DNA of 64,000 bases from Candidatus Reconcilbacillus cellulovorans (GTDB lineage Bacteria; Bacillota; Bacilli; Paenibacillales; Reconciliibacillaceae), in NCBI GenBank assembly GCA_002507565.1, contig MOXJ01000012.1, positions 1,035 through 65,034 on the forward strand, given 5' to 3'. A program made the position numbers and the translations under genes. Below the pieces are notes generated by a model. That model searched no databases. It saw only the letters and a program-made list of their open reading frames with translations, and had not been told where the DNA came from. Shown one piece after another: positions 36,360 to 44,592 of the stretch; position 1 is the stretch's first letter; the number at the start of each line of letters is the position of its first letter.

Positions 36360-37433
36360 TCAATAGCTCTCTCCTTCCCCGACGCTCATTTCGTATTCGC
36401 GAATCACGTCGCGATGAATGAGGCCCGCCTCCGCCAGTTGCCGCAAACTCGCCGACAGCGTCTGCATCCCGTATTGCCGGCCGGTCTGGATGACCGAACG
36501 AATTTGATAAATTTTTTCTTGTCGGATGAGATTGGCGACCGCCGGAGTGTTAACGAGAATTTCCAGAGCTAACACGCGCCCTGTTCCGTCCAATCGCGGA
36601 ACGAGCCTCTGCGACAGAACGCCGAGTAAGACCGAAGCGAGCTGAATCCGGATTTGACGCTGCTGTTCCGTCGGAAACACATCGATGATGCGGTCGACGG
36701 TCTGCGGGGCGTCCGGCGTATGGAGCGTCGCCATGACCAGATGGCCGGTTTCCGCCGCCGTAATGGCGGTCCGGATCGTTTCCAAGTCGCGCATTTCGCC
36801 GACCAGAATGACGTCGGGGTCCTGGCGCAATGCCGCACGCAAGCCATTGGCAAACGACAACGTGTCGACGCCGATTTCCCGCTGGACGATCAGACTCATT
36901 TTATTCTGATGAATATATTCGATCGGGTCTTCCAGCGTGATGATGTGCCTTTTCTGCGTTTCGTTGATATAGTCGACGATGGCGGCGAGCGTCGTCGATT
37001 TGCCGCTGCCCGTCGGCCCGGTGACAAGAAGGAGCCCTTGTTGTTTTTGGGCGAATTCTTTGACGAGCGGGGGCAGCTGCAAGGCATCGATGCTCGGGAT
37101 ACGGCGCGCCAACACGCGAAACGCCATCGCCACCGTCCGGCGCTGGCGGAACACGTTGACGCGGAAATGCCCTACCCCCGGAAGGGAAAACGAAAAATCA
37201 TACTCGCCCTTCCGTAAAAATTGCTGAAACTGCTCTTCCGACATCACTTCCTTGGCCATCCGCAACGTGTCTTCCGCCGTCAGCGGCCTGGTACCGATCC
37301 TTTCCAGCCTGCCGTGCAGACGCAGAAGGGGCTCGATGCCGGCGCTGATGTGCAGGTCGGAAGCTCCGGATTCAAAGGCGGCGGCCAACAGTTCCTTGAC
37401 GGACAATCCCTTGACGGAAACCGGTTGCGCCAT
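36360..37433 (-). CDS. pilT: Type IV pilus retraction ATPase PilT
   Basis: 357 aa with ASDLHI, Walker A (TGPTGSGKSTTLAA), ITLEDPIEY, ILVGEMRDLETI and ATLHT motifs, typical of the PilT family. Confidence 0.92.
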   Translation of the reverse strand: MAQPVSVKGLSVKELLAAAFESGASDLHISAGIEPLLRLHGRLERIGTRPLTAEDTLRMAKEVMSEEQFQQFLRKGEYDFSFSLPGVGHFRVNVFRQRRTVAMAFRVLARRIPSIDALQLPPLVKEFAQKQQGLLLVTGPTGSGKSTTLAAIVDYINETQKRHIITLEDPIEYIHQNKMSLIVQREIGVDTLSFANGLRAALRQDPDVILVGEMRDLETIRTAITAAETGHLVMATLHTPDAPQTVDRIIDVFPTEQQRQIRIQLASVLLGVLSQRLVPRLDGTGRVLALEILVNTPAVANLIRQEKIYQIRSVIQTGRQYGMQTLSASLRQLAEAGLIHRDVIREYEMSVGEGESY

Positions 37434-37448
37434 GCATGCATCGCCCTT

Positions 37449-38108
37449 TCACGGCTCGGGTCCGACGCGAATCGGCATCGGATCGGGGAAAAACGTTTTC
37501 AGGTCAGGCGCATAATACGCGCTCAGCGTCAATTGACAGGTATACAATCGTTTGTCGGCATTCAACTTGACCGGCGGAGCGGCGTCCGCCTGCAGCTCGA
37601 CCCGGTCGATCCGGACGAGCCGCCTCATGGTCTGGATTTCCTCCAGCAACCGCCTGATTTGCGTCCATTCGCCTTTAACCGAGGTTTTCAGCTGAAGCTG
37701 TGCAACCGTTGGAGCCGCCGACGGCCGACCGTTCTCCTGTCCGCCCGTCTGGGAAGCAGGCGTATCGGAACCGGTCGAGACGGGCTGGAAATTGTAGTCC
37801 GAAAACTGAAGACGCGTCACCGACTCCAGCATGCGCAGATCCTGAACGAGCCGGTCGCGGTAAGGCTCTTCCGGAACGGCCTCACGCACCTTTTCCAGTT
37901 CAACGCGGACTCTGCCCGCCGACTGCTGTGCAACATTCGGACGGGCGGTCAGCAGTTGAAATTCTTTGCGTTTTTGTTCCAACTGCGCATTCAGATCGGA
38001 CCGCCGTTCTTGCAGCGGCATGATCCACCATACGTAAACGCCTGCCGCCAGAAGCGCGACGATGACAAACAACCCCCAACGCAAAAGCGGCGTATTCGGC
38101 ACGCTCAC
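37449..38108 (-). CDS. pilO: Type IV pilus assembly protein PilO-like
   Basis: 219 aa with a GTG start in a GTGA overlap with pilN. It has one N-terminal transmembrane segment followed by a coiled coil (LQERRSDLNAQLEQKRKEFQLL). It sits after pilM-pilN. Confidence 0.72.
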   Translation of the reverse strand: MSVPNTPLLRWGLFVIVALLAAGVYVWWIMPLQERRSDLNAQLEQKRKEFQLLTARPNVAQQSAGRVRVELEKVREAVPEEPYRDRLVQDLRMLESVTRLQFSDYNFQPVSTGSDTPASQTGGQENGRPSAAPTVAQLQLKTSVKGEWTQIRRLLEEIQTMRRLVRIDRVELQADAAPPVKLNADKRLYTCQLTLSAYYAPDLKTFFPDPMPIRVGPEP

Positions 38109-38791
38109 GTCCGGCTCGCCCCCCCTTGCGGCGACGCCGTCGGCGTGTTCGCTCCCGTCTGCGGCGCCGGAGTCGGGTTCGGGCTTATACTCGGACTCGG
38201 CGACGGCTGGATAATGCGGATGCGGATCGTCGCTTGTACGACGGGCAGCCAGTCGCCTGCCGGAGAAGCCGGCGCCAACGATGGAGTCGGAAGCGGCACG
38301 CGGGAGACGCCCGTGATCTCTACACCGGCAAACGTCGGTTCCTGCCGCAGCGCTTCCACTCCGCGGACAAGCGCGTCCGCCGTCGCGAAGCCGACCGTCA
38401 CCGTCATTTCTTTGCCGTCAAAGTAAACAAGGCCGTTTAAATTCGAGTAAGCGGGCAGTTTGGCGATTAGCCGATCGAGAACGTCGGTCGCGGACGGACC
38501 ACTGCCGCGAAGGACGGACGGTAATGCAAGCCATTCGGCGACCGTGGTTTCCGATATGGTGTTGTTCCGCGCCTTCAACAACTCGTCGATGCGCGCCTGC
38601 ATCGCATTGAGCTCCGCCTGCGTCGTCCGGACGTCCCGATCGGCGTCGTACCAAAGCCAGCCGGTCACGCCGAACGCGACGACGGCGAACAGCGCCAGAT
38701 ACACGACCCACGGGATCGTCGGCGACGAGGGGGTTCGCGTCAAATCCTGCAACAGATTGATTTCGATGGAACGAAATTTGACGGGTTCCAT
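38105..38791 (-). CDS. pilN: Type IV pilus assembly protein PilN-like
   Basis: 228 aa. The conserved cytoplasmic INLL motif (RSIEINLLQD) is followed by a transmembrane segment and a coiled coil. The C-terminal tail is Pro/Ser-rich. Confidence 0.75.
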   Translation of the reverse strand: MEPVKFRSIEINLLQDLTRTPSSPTIPWVVYLALFAVVAFGVTGWLWYDADRDVRTTQAELNAMQARIDELLKARNNTISETTVAEWLALPSVLRGSGPSATDVLDRLIAKLPAYSNLNGLVYFDGKEMTVTVGFATADALVRGVEALRQEPTFAGVEITGVSRVPLPTPSLAPASPAGDWLPVVQATIRIRIIQPSPSPSISPNPTPAPQTGANTPTASPQGGASRT

Positions 38792-38809
38792 GTCGTGCCC
38801 CTTTCGGCG

Positions 38810-39781
38810 TTACGCCCCTTTCAGCGCCAGACCGATCGCCACCGCATACGGGTCGTACTCCGCGGTGTTTTCGAAAAAAAGATACAACACCCGCTCCATC
38901 GGCAGCGGACGGATCAGCTCGCGGAGCGACTCGTCGAGAAACTCCGGAAGCCGCTTGACTTCCGCATTGTCGAACGCCATGTAAATCCGCCGAATTTCCC
39001 CGTGGTCGGAGGACATCGAATAGCGATAGTAGTTCATCAGCCGGCTCAATTCGATGGACAACGACCGGCCGAACAAAGCCAACGGGTCGCCGCCCTGCTC
39101 CAGCCAGATGTTCCGCGAAGAGCGGAACGAACGGAACAAAACGGGGACGCTGTCGGCGAAAATGCTTACGTCGACGCGCTCGGCTTCGACGTACAGCAAC
39201 ATGAACCTGTCCGGGGCTTCCTCCCCGGTGATCGCCGCGTGCCGAGCGAGCAACCTGAGCAACGCAAGCGGCACGAGATCGACGGCGACCGGCTCGAGTC
39301 CCGCAGAACGGACCGTTCGGACGAGTTCTTCTACGACATCGCGGGGCGTCGCGAAAATGAGCACTTCGTCCTTCCCAGCTTCCGCCGCGGGACCGAGCCT
39401 TACGAAGTCGAATACGGGATTTTGGAACGGCAGCGGCGTTCCCCCGTGCAGGTCGACGTCGATCAAATGCCGCAGTTCGCGGTCTTTAACCGACGGAAAC
39501 GCCGCCTTGCGAAGCGCGACGCTCGACAGCGGAACGGCGACGTTGACGCCGGTTCCGCGCAAATCCGCATCTTTGACCATCGTGCGCAACGCCTCGGCCG
39601 CCGCTTGCGCATCAGCTATGCGCCCTTCGCGCATGCACCCGTCGGGGAGCGGGGCGGAAAATCGCCGGGTGACGGCGACTCTGGAATCGGACGGACGGAT
39701 TTCGACAAGTTTCGCCTCCTGATCCGACAGCGACAGGCCGTAGGCGTACCGGCTTTTTTTCCAGCCCCAGTTGATGCGCAT
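38810..39781 (-). CDS. pilM: Type IV pilus assembly ATPase-fold protein PilM
   Basis: The ORF track extends this gene to 39991, through pilA. ATG at 39781 follows a GAGGAGG SD. The protein is an actin-like fold protein of 323 aa and is immediately followed by pilN. Confidence 0.8.
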   Translation of the reverse strand: MRINWGWKKSRYAYGLSLSDQEAKLVEIRPSDSRVAVTRRFSAPLPDGCMREGRIADAQAAAEALRTMVKDADLRGTGVNVAVPLSSVALRKAAFPSVKDRELRHLIDVDLHGGTPLPFQNPVFDFVRLGPAAEAGKDEVLIFATPRDVVEELVRTVRSAGLEPVAVDLVPLALLRLLARHAAITGEEAPDRFMLLYVEAERVDVSIFADSVPVLFRSFRSSRNIWLEQGGDPLALFGRSLSIELSRLMNYYRYSMSSDHGEIRRIYMAFDNAEVKRLPEFLDESLRELIRPLPMERVLYLFFENTAEYDPYAVAIGLALKGA

Positions 39782-39858
39782 GGCGAACCTCCTCGACGTG
39801 CGTATGGGATGACAGCGGCCGCCCCTGCCGACTGACCAACAGGCGGACCGGGCGAGCG

Positions 39859-39879
39859 GCCGAAAAAGCCGTCTTCGGC
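39859..39879 (-). terminator. Weak candidate terminator/attenuator just after pilA
   Basis: The minus strand reads GCCG-AAGA-CGGC-TTTTT, or alternatively GCCGAA-(9 nt)-TTCGGC, starting 3 nt after the pilA stop. The stem is short, so this could at best be a partial terminator. Confidence 0.3.
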
Positions 39880-39881
39880 GA

Positions 39882-40376
39882 TTACGGCGTGTTGCTCGGT
39901 GACGGCGATGTGCCGCCGCCAATCGACACTGTTTTAATTTCTTCTTCGGTTTTGTTATCAAAGTATTTGGTATTTCCACTAGCATCAACAAGCGTAATAC
40001 GATAGGTCAGACTACCATTGCTTGAATTTTGGGTAACAGTTACTTTAGTTGCTGTTGGATGGTAAGTGCTGTTGTTGGTTCCTTGCGGGTCTTTAGGCTC
40101 TTTGTCCAAATATCCCGCACTTACAATCTGTTCCAGAGTAATTGTTTGCACGTTTCCACCTGTTGTATCGGGATTAAACCCTTCCGTCGTCACTTTAAAC
40201 CGTGCACCGTCAATAATCATTTGGGCATTCGCGCGGTGCGCCTCTTTCTTCGTCTTATTGATAATCCCACCGATCGACGGAATGGCGATCGCCGCAATGA
40301 TCGCCAAGATGACGATAACCGCAAGCAATTCGATCAACGTCAAACCGCGCTGATCGCGGTACAGCCGTTTGAGCAT
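39882..40376 (-). CDS. pilA: Major type IV pilin (prepilin-type N-terminal cleavage/methylation domain)
   Basis: ATG at 40376 follows an AAAGGAGGA SD and gives MLKRLYRDQRG|LTLIELLAVIVILAIIAAIAIPS. The protein is 164 aa with no Cys and has a GGGTSPSPSNTP tail. In-frame upstream ATGs at 40454 (strong GGGAGGTGA SD) and at 40493 (ATGA overlap with pilC) are alternative starts. Confidence 0.88.
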   Translation of the reverse strand: MLKRLYRDQRGLTLIELLAVIVILAIIAAIAIPSIGGIINKTKKEAHRANAQMIIDGARFKVTTEGFNPDTTGGNVQTITLEQIVSAGYLDKEPKDPQGTNNSTYHPTATKVTVTQNSSNGSLTYRITLVDASGNTKYFDNKTEEEIKTVSIGGGTSPSPSNTP

Positions 40377-40489
40377 CGAAAATCGTCCTCCTTTTCCGTT
40401 GGATTCGTGATACTGTCGATTTCGCAACAGCCGTAACCGGCTTCGCTTGTTCATCTCGTTCACCTCCCTTCCGGTGTGTGTTTCGGGTT

Positions 40490-41701
40490 TCATCTCAAGA
40501 AATTCTCATACATCTTGAACATCGGCGACATCATCGCGGCGACGATGACGCCGACGACGGAAGCGACGACGAGCAGCAACAGCGGTTCCACCAATGCTTT
40601 CAGGCGGTCGACGCTTTGTTCCACGTCGTGTTCGTAAAAATCGGCGATTTTGGCAAGCATTTTGTCGATTTGGCCGGTTTCCTCGCCGATGACGAGCATC
40701 TGCACCACCATCGCAGGAAAAAAACCGCTTTCCGCAAGCGGCTGCGACAGCCACTTGCCCTCGCGCAACCGCTCACCGGCCAGCGCAAGAGCGCGGGTAA
40801 TCGCGGCGTCGCCGACAGCCCGGGCCGTCACCTCGAGCGCTTGCAAAATCGGCACGGCGCCGGACAGAAGCGACGACAACGTGCGGGCCATGCGCGCGAT
40901 CGCCGCTTTTTTCATGACCGGCCCGAAGATCGGCAGGCGAAAACGGACGATCCCCCACCATACCTTCCCTTTTTCCGACTTGCGGATCAACCGGAAAACG
41001 ATCCAGAGCCCGGCCGCAAGCGGTAGCACGAGCCACCATACTTTTCCCGCCAACCGGCTTGCGCCGATGACGGTTTTCGTGATCCACGGCAATTCGGCGC
41101 CTTGTTCGGCGAACAAGCTTTCGAACGTCGGCACGATGCGTACGAGCAGAAAAATGACGACGCAGATCGCAAGAACGAGAACGACGATCGGATACGTCAT
41201 CGCCGACTTGACTTTCTGGACGATCTTGTGCTCGCGCTCGTAATGGTCGGCCATTCGGTCGAGCACGTCGTCGAGCGTGCCGCCGGCCTCGCCGGAAACG
41301 ATCATATTGACGAACATGTCGGGAAAAATCGATTTATGGTCGGACATCGCCTCCGACAGCTGCCGGCCCGTCCGCACCTGATCGGCGACGTCGGCGATCG
41401 CCTGACGCAATTTGCGGTTTTTCGTCTGTTCGACAAGAACCGCAAGCGACCGGTCGATCGGAACGCCGGCGCGAATCAGGGTGGCGAACTGTCGGCTGAA
41501 CATGACGAATTCCGACAGCTTGACGGGACGGCCGATCTGAATGTCGCGGTTCCACACCGACGGGCGCGCTTCTTCGACTTTGCGCACCGACAGGTTTTGA
41601 CTGCGCAGTTCCGCGACTGCGGCGTACTTGTTGATCGCTTGAAGCGTACCTTTCACTTTTTTACCGCTTTCGGTCACCGCTTCGTAGGAAAACAACGGCA
41701 T
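40490..41701 (-). CDS. pilC: Type IV pilus platform protein PilC (GspF family)
   Basis: The ORF runs 40490-41731. ATG at 41701 follows a GGAGGAGGGG SD and gives MPLFSYEAVTESGKKVKGTLQA. Two T2SSF repeats with transmembrane segments are present. Confidence 0.9.
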   Translation of the reverse strand: MPLFSYEAVTESGKKVKGTLQAINKYAAVAELRSQNLSVRKVEEARPSVWNRDIQIGRPVKLSEFVMFSRQFATLIRAGVPIDRSLAVLVEQTKNRKLRQAIADVADQVRTGRQLSEAMSDHKSIFPDMFVNMIVSGEAGGTLDDVLDRMADHYEREHKIVQKVKSAMTYPIVVLVLAICVVIFLLVRIVPTFESLFAEQGAELPWITKTVIGASRLAGKVWWLVLPLAAGLWIVFRLIRKSEKGKVWWGIVRFRLPIFGPVMKKAAIARMARTLSSLLSGAVPILQALEVTARAVGDAAITRALALAGERLREGKWLSQPLAESGFFPAMVVQMLVIGEETGQIDKMLAKIADFYEHDVEQSVDRLKALVEPLLLLVVASVVGVIVAAMMSPMFKMYENFLR

Positions 41702-41747
41702 CGCGGCCCCTCCTCCGCCCAACGGAAGCAAAACCGTCAGGTTCGCC

Positions 41748-43466
41748 TTAATCCTCGGCGACGGCGCGCAACACCTCTTCGACGGTCGTCAACCCGAAGC
41801 GCGCCTTGGAAAGACCGTCGAACAGCATCGTCCGGTATCCCTGTTCAGACAAATAACGACGCATTTCGTCGACGGGGCGGTTCTGGGCGATCATCCGCCG
41901 CAGCGGCTCGTCCACGGTCAGCACCTCGTGAATGGCGATCCGCCCCCGATAGCCAGATTTGTTGCAGCTAGAACAGCCTTTGCCGCGCCAGACGGTCGCC
42001 GGCTGATGAACGAACGACAGGCCGACGCCGCGACCGCCGGCGGCGTTTTTCGCCTCGGCCGACACGAGGCCGTGCGCTTCGAACAACCGGATTTCTTCCG
42101 GCTTTGCGGCGACTTGCTGGCCGCACTCCCTGCATACGCGCCGGACGAGACGCTGCGCCACGACGCAGACAAGCGACGACGCGATCAGATACGGATCGAC
42201 GCCCATGTCGACCAGCCGCGTGATCGTGGCGACCGCGCTGTTGGTGTGAATCGTGCTCAGGACAAGATGGCCGGTCAGCGACGCGCGTACGGCGATTTCC
42301 GCCGTTTCGACGTCGCGGATCTCGCCGACCATGACGATGTCCGGGTCCTGGCGCAAAATCGACCGCAGCCCGGAAGCGAACGTCAATCCGATTTGCGCGT
42401 TCACCTGCACTTGCGTGATGCCGGGCAGGCGGTATTCGACCGGATCTTCGATCGTGATAATTTTCAGCTCGTCGCTGTTGATCTCGTTCAGGACCGAGTA
42501 GAGCGTCGACGTTTTCCCGCTGCCCGTCGGCCCGGAAATGAGAATGATGCCGTTCGGTTTCCGGATAACTTTCGAAAAAACGGAGAAGTTGTCTTCACTC
42601 AGTCCGAGTTCGGACAATTTTTTGATGCCGGCCGACTGATCGAGCAGACGGAGAACGATGCTTTCGCCGTAAACGGTCGGCAGCGTGGATAAACGGATGT
42701 CGATCCGCCGGCCGTCGACCTGCATCTGGATCCTGCCGTCCTGCGGCAGGCGCCGCTCGGCGATGTTGAGTTTGGCTAAAATTTTGAGGCGCGTCGTCAA
42801 GGCGTCCTGCAAATGTTTCGGCAACGCGCGCTCCGTGTAGAGCACGCCGTCGATGCGGTATTTGACGACGACCTGGCGTTCCTGCGGATCGATGTGAATG
42901 TCGCTGGCCTGGCGCTGGACGGCCGCTCGGATGATCTGGTCGACGAGCTTGACGATCGGCGAATCCGCCGCCAAGAGCGACTCGTCCTCCGCGTCGGCGT
43001 CGGCCGCACCGCCGCTTTCTTCCAGGTCGAGCCATTGCTCCAGCTTCTTCATCCCGTAATAGCGGATGATCGCCTGCTCGATGTCGCTGCGAACGGCGAT
43101 GACCGGCTGGATGCTCATGCCCGTCGCCATTCGAATTTCTTCGATCGCTTCGTAGTTCAGCGGATCCTCCATTGCTAGCTTCAGCTTGCCGTGCTTGCAG
43201 TCTACCGGGATGACGCAATGCTTTTTGGCGAGTTCTTCGGAAACCCGCTTGACCGCCTGCAGATCGGGCGGCGTTTCCTGCAAGTTCACGACAGGAAATC
43301 CGAGCTGAAACTCCAAAACTTCGACAAGCTGCCGCTCCGTGATCCAACCGCGTTCGACCAAAATGTGGCCGAGTTTTTTCTTCGTATCGGCCTGCACCCG
43401 AATCGCTTCTTCCAGTTGGCTTTCGGTGATCAGGCCGTTCATGACCAGCAACTCCCCGAGACGCAT
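41748..43466 (-). CDS. pilB: Type IV pilus extension ATPase PilB (GspE family) with an N-terminal MshEN-type domain
   Basis: The ORF runs 41748-43511, with ATG at 43466 behind AAAGGGGG. The N-terminus is RLGELLVMNGLITESQLEEAIRVQ, followed by a second copy of the motif. It has Walker A (SGPTGSGKTSTLYS), VGEIRD and a tetra-Cys cluster (CRECG...CSSCNKSGYRGR). Confidence 0.93.
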   Translation of the reverse strand: MRLGELLVMNGLITESQLEEAIRVQADTKKKLGHILVERGWITERQLVEVLEFQLGFPVVNLQETPPDLQAVKRVSEELAKKHCVIPVDCKHGKLKLAMEDPLNYEAIEEIRMATGMSIQPVIAVRSDIEQAIIRYYGMKKLEQWLDLEESGGAADADAEDESLLAADSPIVKLVDQIIRAAVQRQASDIHIDPQERQVVVKYRIDGVLYTERALPKHLQDALTTRLKILAKLNIAERRLPQDGRIQMQVDGRRIDIRLSTLPTVYGESIVLRLLDQSAGIKKLSELGLSEDNFSVFSKVIRKPNGIILISGPTGSGKTSTLYSVLNEINSDELKIITIEDPVEYRLPGITQVQVNAQIGLTFASGLRSILRQDPDIVMVGEIRDVETAEIAVRASLTGHLVLSTIHTNSAVATITRLVDMGVDPYLIASSLVCVVAQRLVRRVCRECGQQVAAKPEEIRLFEAHGLVSAEAKNAAGGRGVGLSFVHQPATVWRGKGCSSCNKSGYRGRIAIHEVLTVDEPLRRMIAQNRPVDEMRRYLSEQGYRTMLFDGLSKARFGLTTVEEVLRAVAED

Positions 43467-43560
43467 CGTCGCCGGCCCCCTTTCGCGCGCGTTCGTTTCA
43501 GGCCGCTCCAATTACACCGCTTGATCCCATTTCGCCGTAAACGGCGGGGGGATGGTGCCG

Positions 43561-44502
43561 TCATGCGCCTGACCTTTGCCGCTCCTCGCCGGACGGTGCC
43601 CTCCTGATGATTTCCGGGCGGGGTGCGTAATAGTCTTTCGAAATGATCACCTGTGCTCCGTTCTGCCGGCGCGCCAGAACCGTCACGTACAGCCCCGGCC
43701 TGCCCGCCTCGCGCACCGTCTGGCCTTCCCGTAGGGCAAAGTCGACAAGCATCAACGTCGAAGGAAGAACTTCTTCCGTCTTCACTTCGATCTCCGGAGC
43801 AGCCCATCCCGGAGACGGCAAGCCCGAGAACAAAACGACGGTCTTGTCGCCTTCCCGACGGACATCAAGCGTGACTGCAAAATCGAACGGATTATAAAAC
43901 GTCAAATTTCGTCGACCCGGCTCGAACATCGCGTCAAACCCCGGCGTAACATAAGTCGGCATTTGCGGATGCAGGTGCCGTTCGCCGGTTATCAGCCCTG
44001 CCCGGACCGCAGCCTCATAGAGAAGCGAGGCGACCTGCGACATTGCGGTTTCGGATGCCGAACCGACTGACTGCAGTTTGTCGCGGTAGACTTCCTGTAG
44101 CGAAAAGGCTTCGCCCGGCTTCAACGACATTCCTTTCAACGCATCCAACCATGCCGTCGCCTGCTGTTCGACAACAGCAAAACTCCTCGCCTCGGCGAGC
44201 GTTCTCGCCGAAGCCTGTCCGGAAGACAGCGCGGGTTCCGTCTGCCGCTGCGAACGGTCGGGCGAGGCCTGAGGCTTCGGCGCGACCGACGCCGATGCCG
44301 GTGAAGGACTTTGCGCCGTCTTCTTCACCGGCGAGACGCCCGACAACCATCCCGGCCGATCGAGCGCACCGAGCGACCAGGCGGAATATAACAAGAAAGC
44401 AGTTACCATACCCGCCAAAGCAACAATGGTAAGAACGATCCCCCCGCGCGGACGCCGGGAGACCGTCGAACGCGCATTCGTTCGCCTTCGCCTTGGTTCC
44501 AC
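43561..44502 (-). CDS. Membrane-anchored VanW-like domain protein, first gene of the pilus operon
   Basis: 313 aa with a GTG start behind GGGGGA. It has an N-terminal transmembrane segment and a Ser/Pro-rich linker. The segment SQVASLLYEAAVRAGLITGERHLHPQMPTYVTPGFDAMFEPGRRNLTFYNPFDFAVTL runs parallel to the VanW/YoaR core (CQVS.TL.NAAL.AGLEIVER..HS..V.Y...G.DATV....DLKF.N). Confidence 0.65.
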   Translation of the reverse strand: MEPRRRRTNARSTVSRRPRGGIVLTIVALAGMVTAFLLYSAWSLGALDRPGWLSGVSPVKKTAQSPSPASASVAPKPQASPDRSQRQTEPALSSGQASARTLAEARSFAVVEQQATAWLDALKGMSLKPGEAFSLQEVYRDKLQSVGSASETAMSQVASLLYEAAVRAGLITGERHLHPQMPTYVTPGFDAMFEPGRRNLTFYNPFDFAVTLDVRREGDKTVVLFSGLPSPGWAAPEIEVKTEEVLPSTLMLVDFALREGQTVREAGRPGLYVTVLARRQNGAQVIISKDYYAPRPEIIRRAPSGEERQRSGA

Positions 44503-44538
44503 CGCAACCGTTCCCCCAAAAATCGCCTTCGCAATCGT

Positions 44539-44583
44539 AGGCTAACATAAAAACGGGCAATTGAAAATAATGCATATGTATTA
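44539..44583 (-). promoter_or_regulatory. Promoter of the pilus operon with an abutting 16-bp palindromic operator (copy 1)
   Basis: The minus strand reads TAATACATATGCATTA (44583-44568), then TTTTCA (-35), then 17 nt, then TAGCCT (-10, 44544-44539). The architecture and spacing are the same as in copy 2 at 45510-45554. Confidence 0.55.
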
Positions 44584-44592
44584 AGCTGTCTG

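Noticed and set aside
38810-39991. Long 5' extensions of track ORFs: pilM to 39991, ymfF to 10154, asd to 18369, pnp to 25053, polC to 58515, the CheY fusion to 30034, GH8 to 26799 and ymfI to 7432.
   Set aside because: The extensions overlap the upstream gene or a terminator, encode Arg-rich nonsense and lack SD sequences. Internal starts with good SDs reproduce the canonical N-termini of the families.
40423-40440. A sigma-54-like GG...TTGC element upstream of pilA (minus strand CCGGTTACGGCTGTTGCG).
   Set aside because: The GG-to-GC spacing is 11 nt rather than the required 10 nt, and the TGGCAC half is poor. No enhancer-binding protein is encoded in the cluster.
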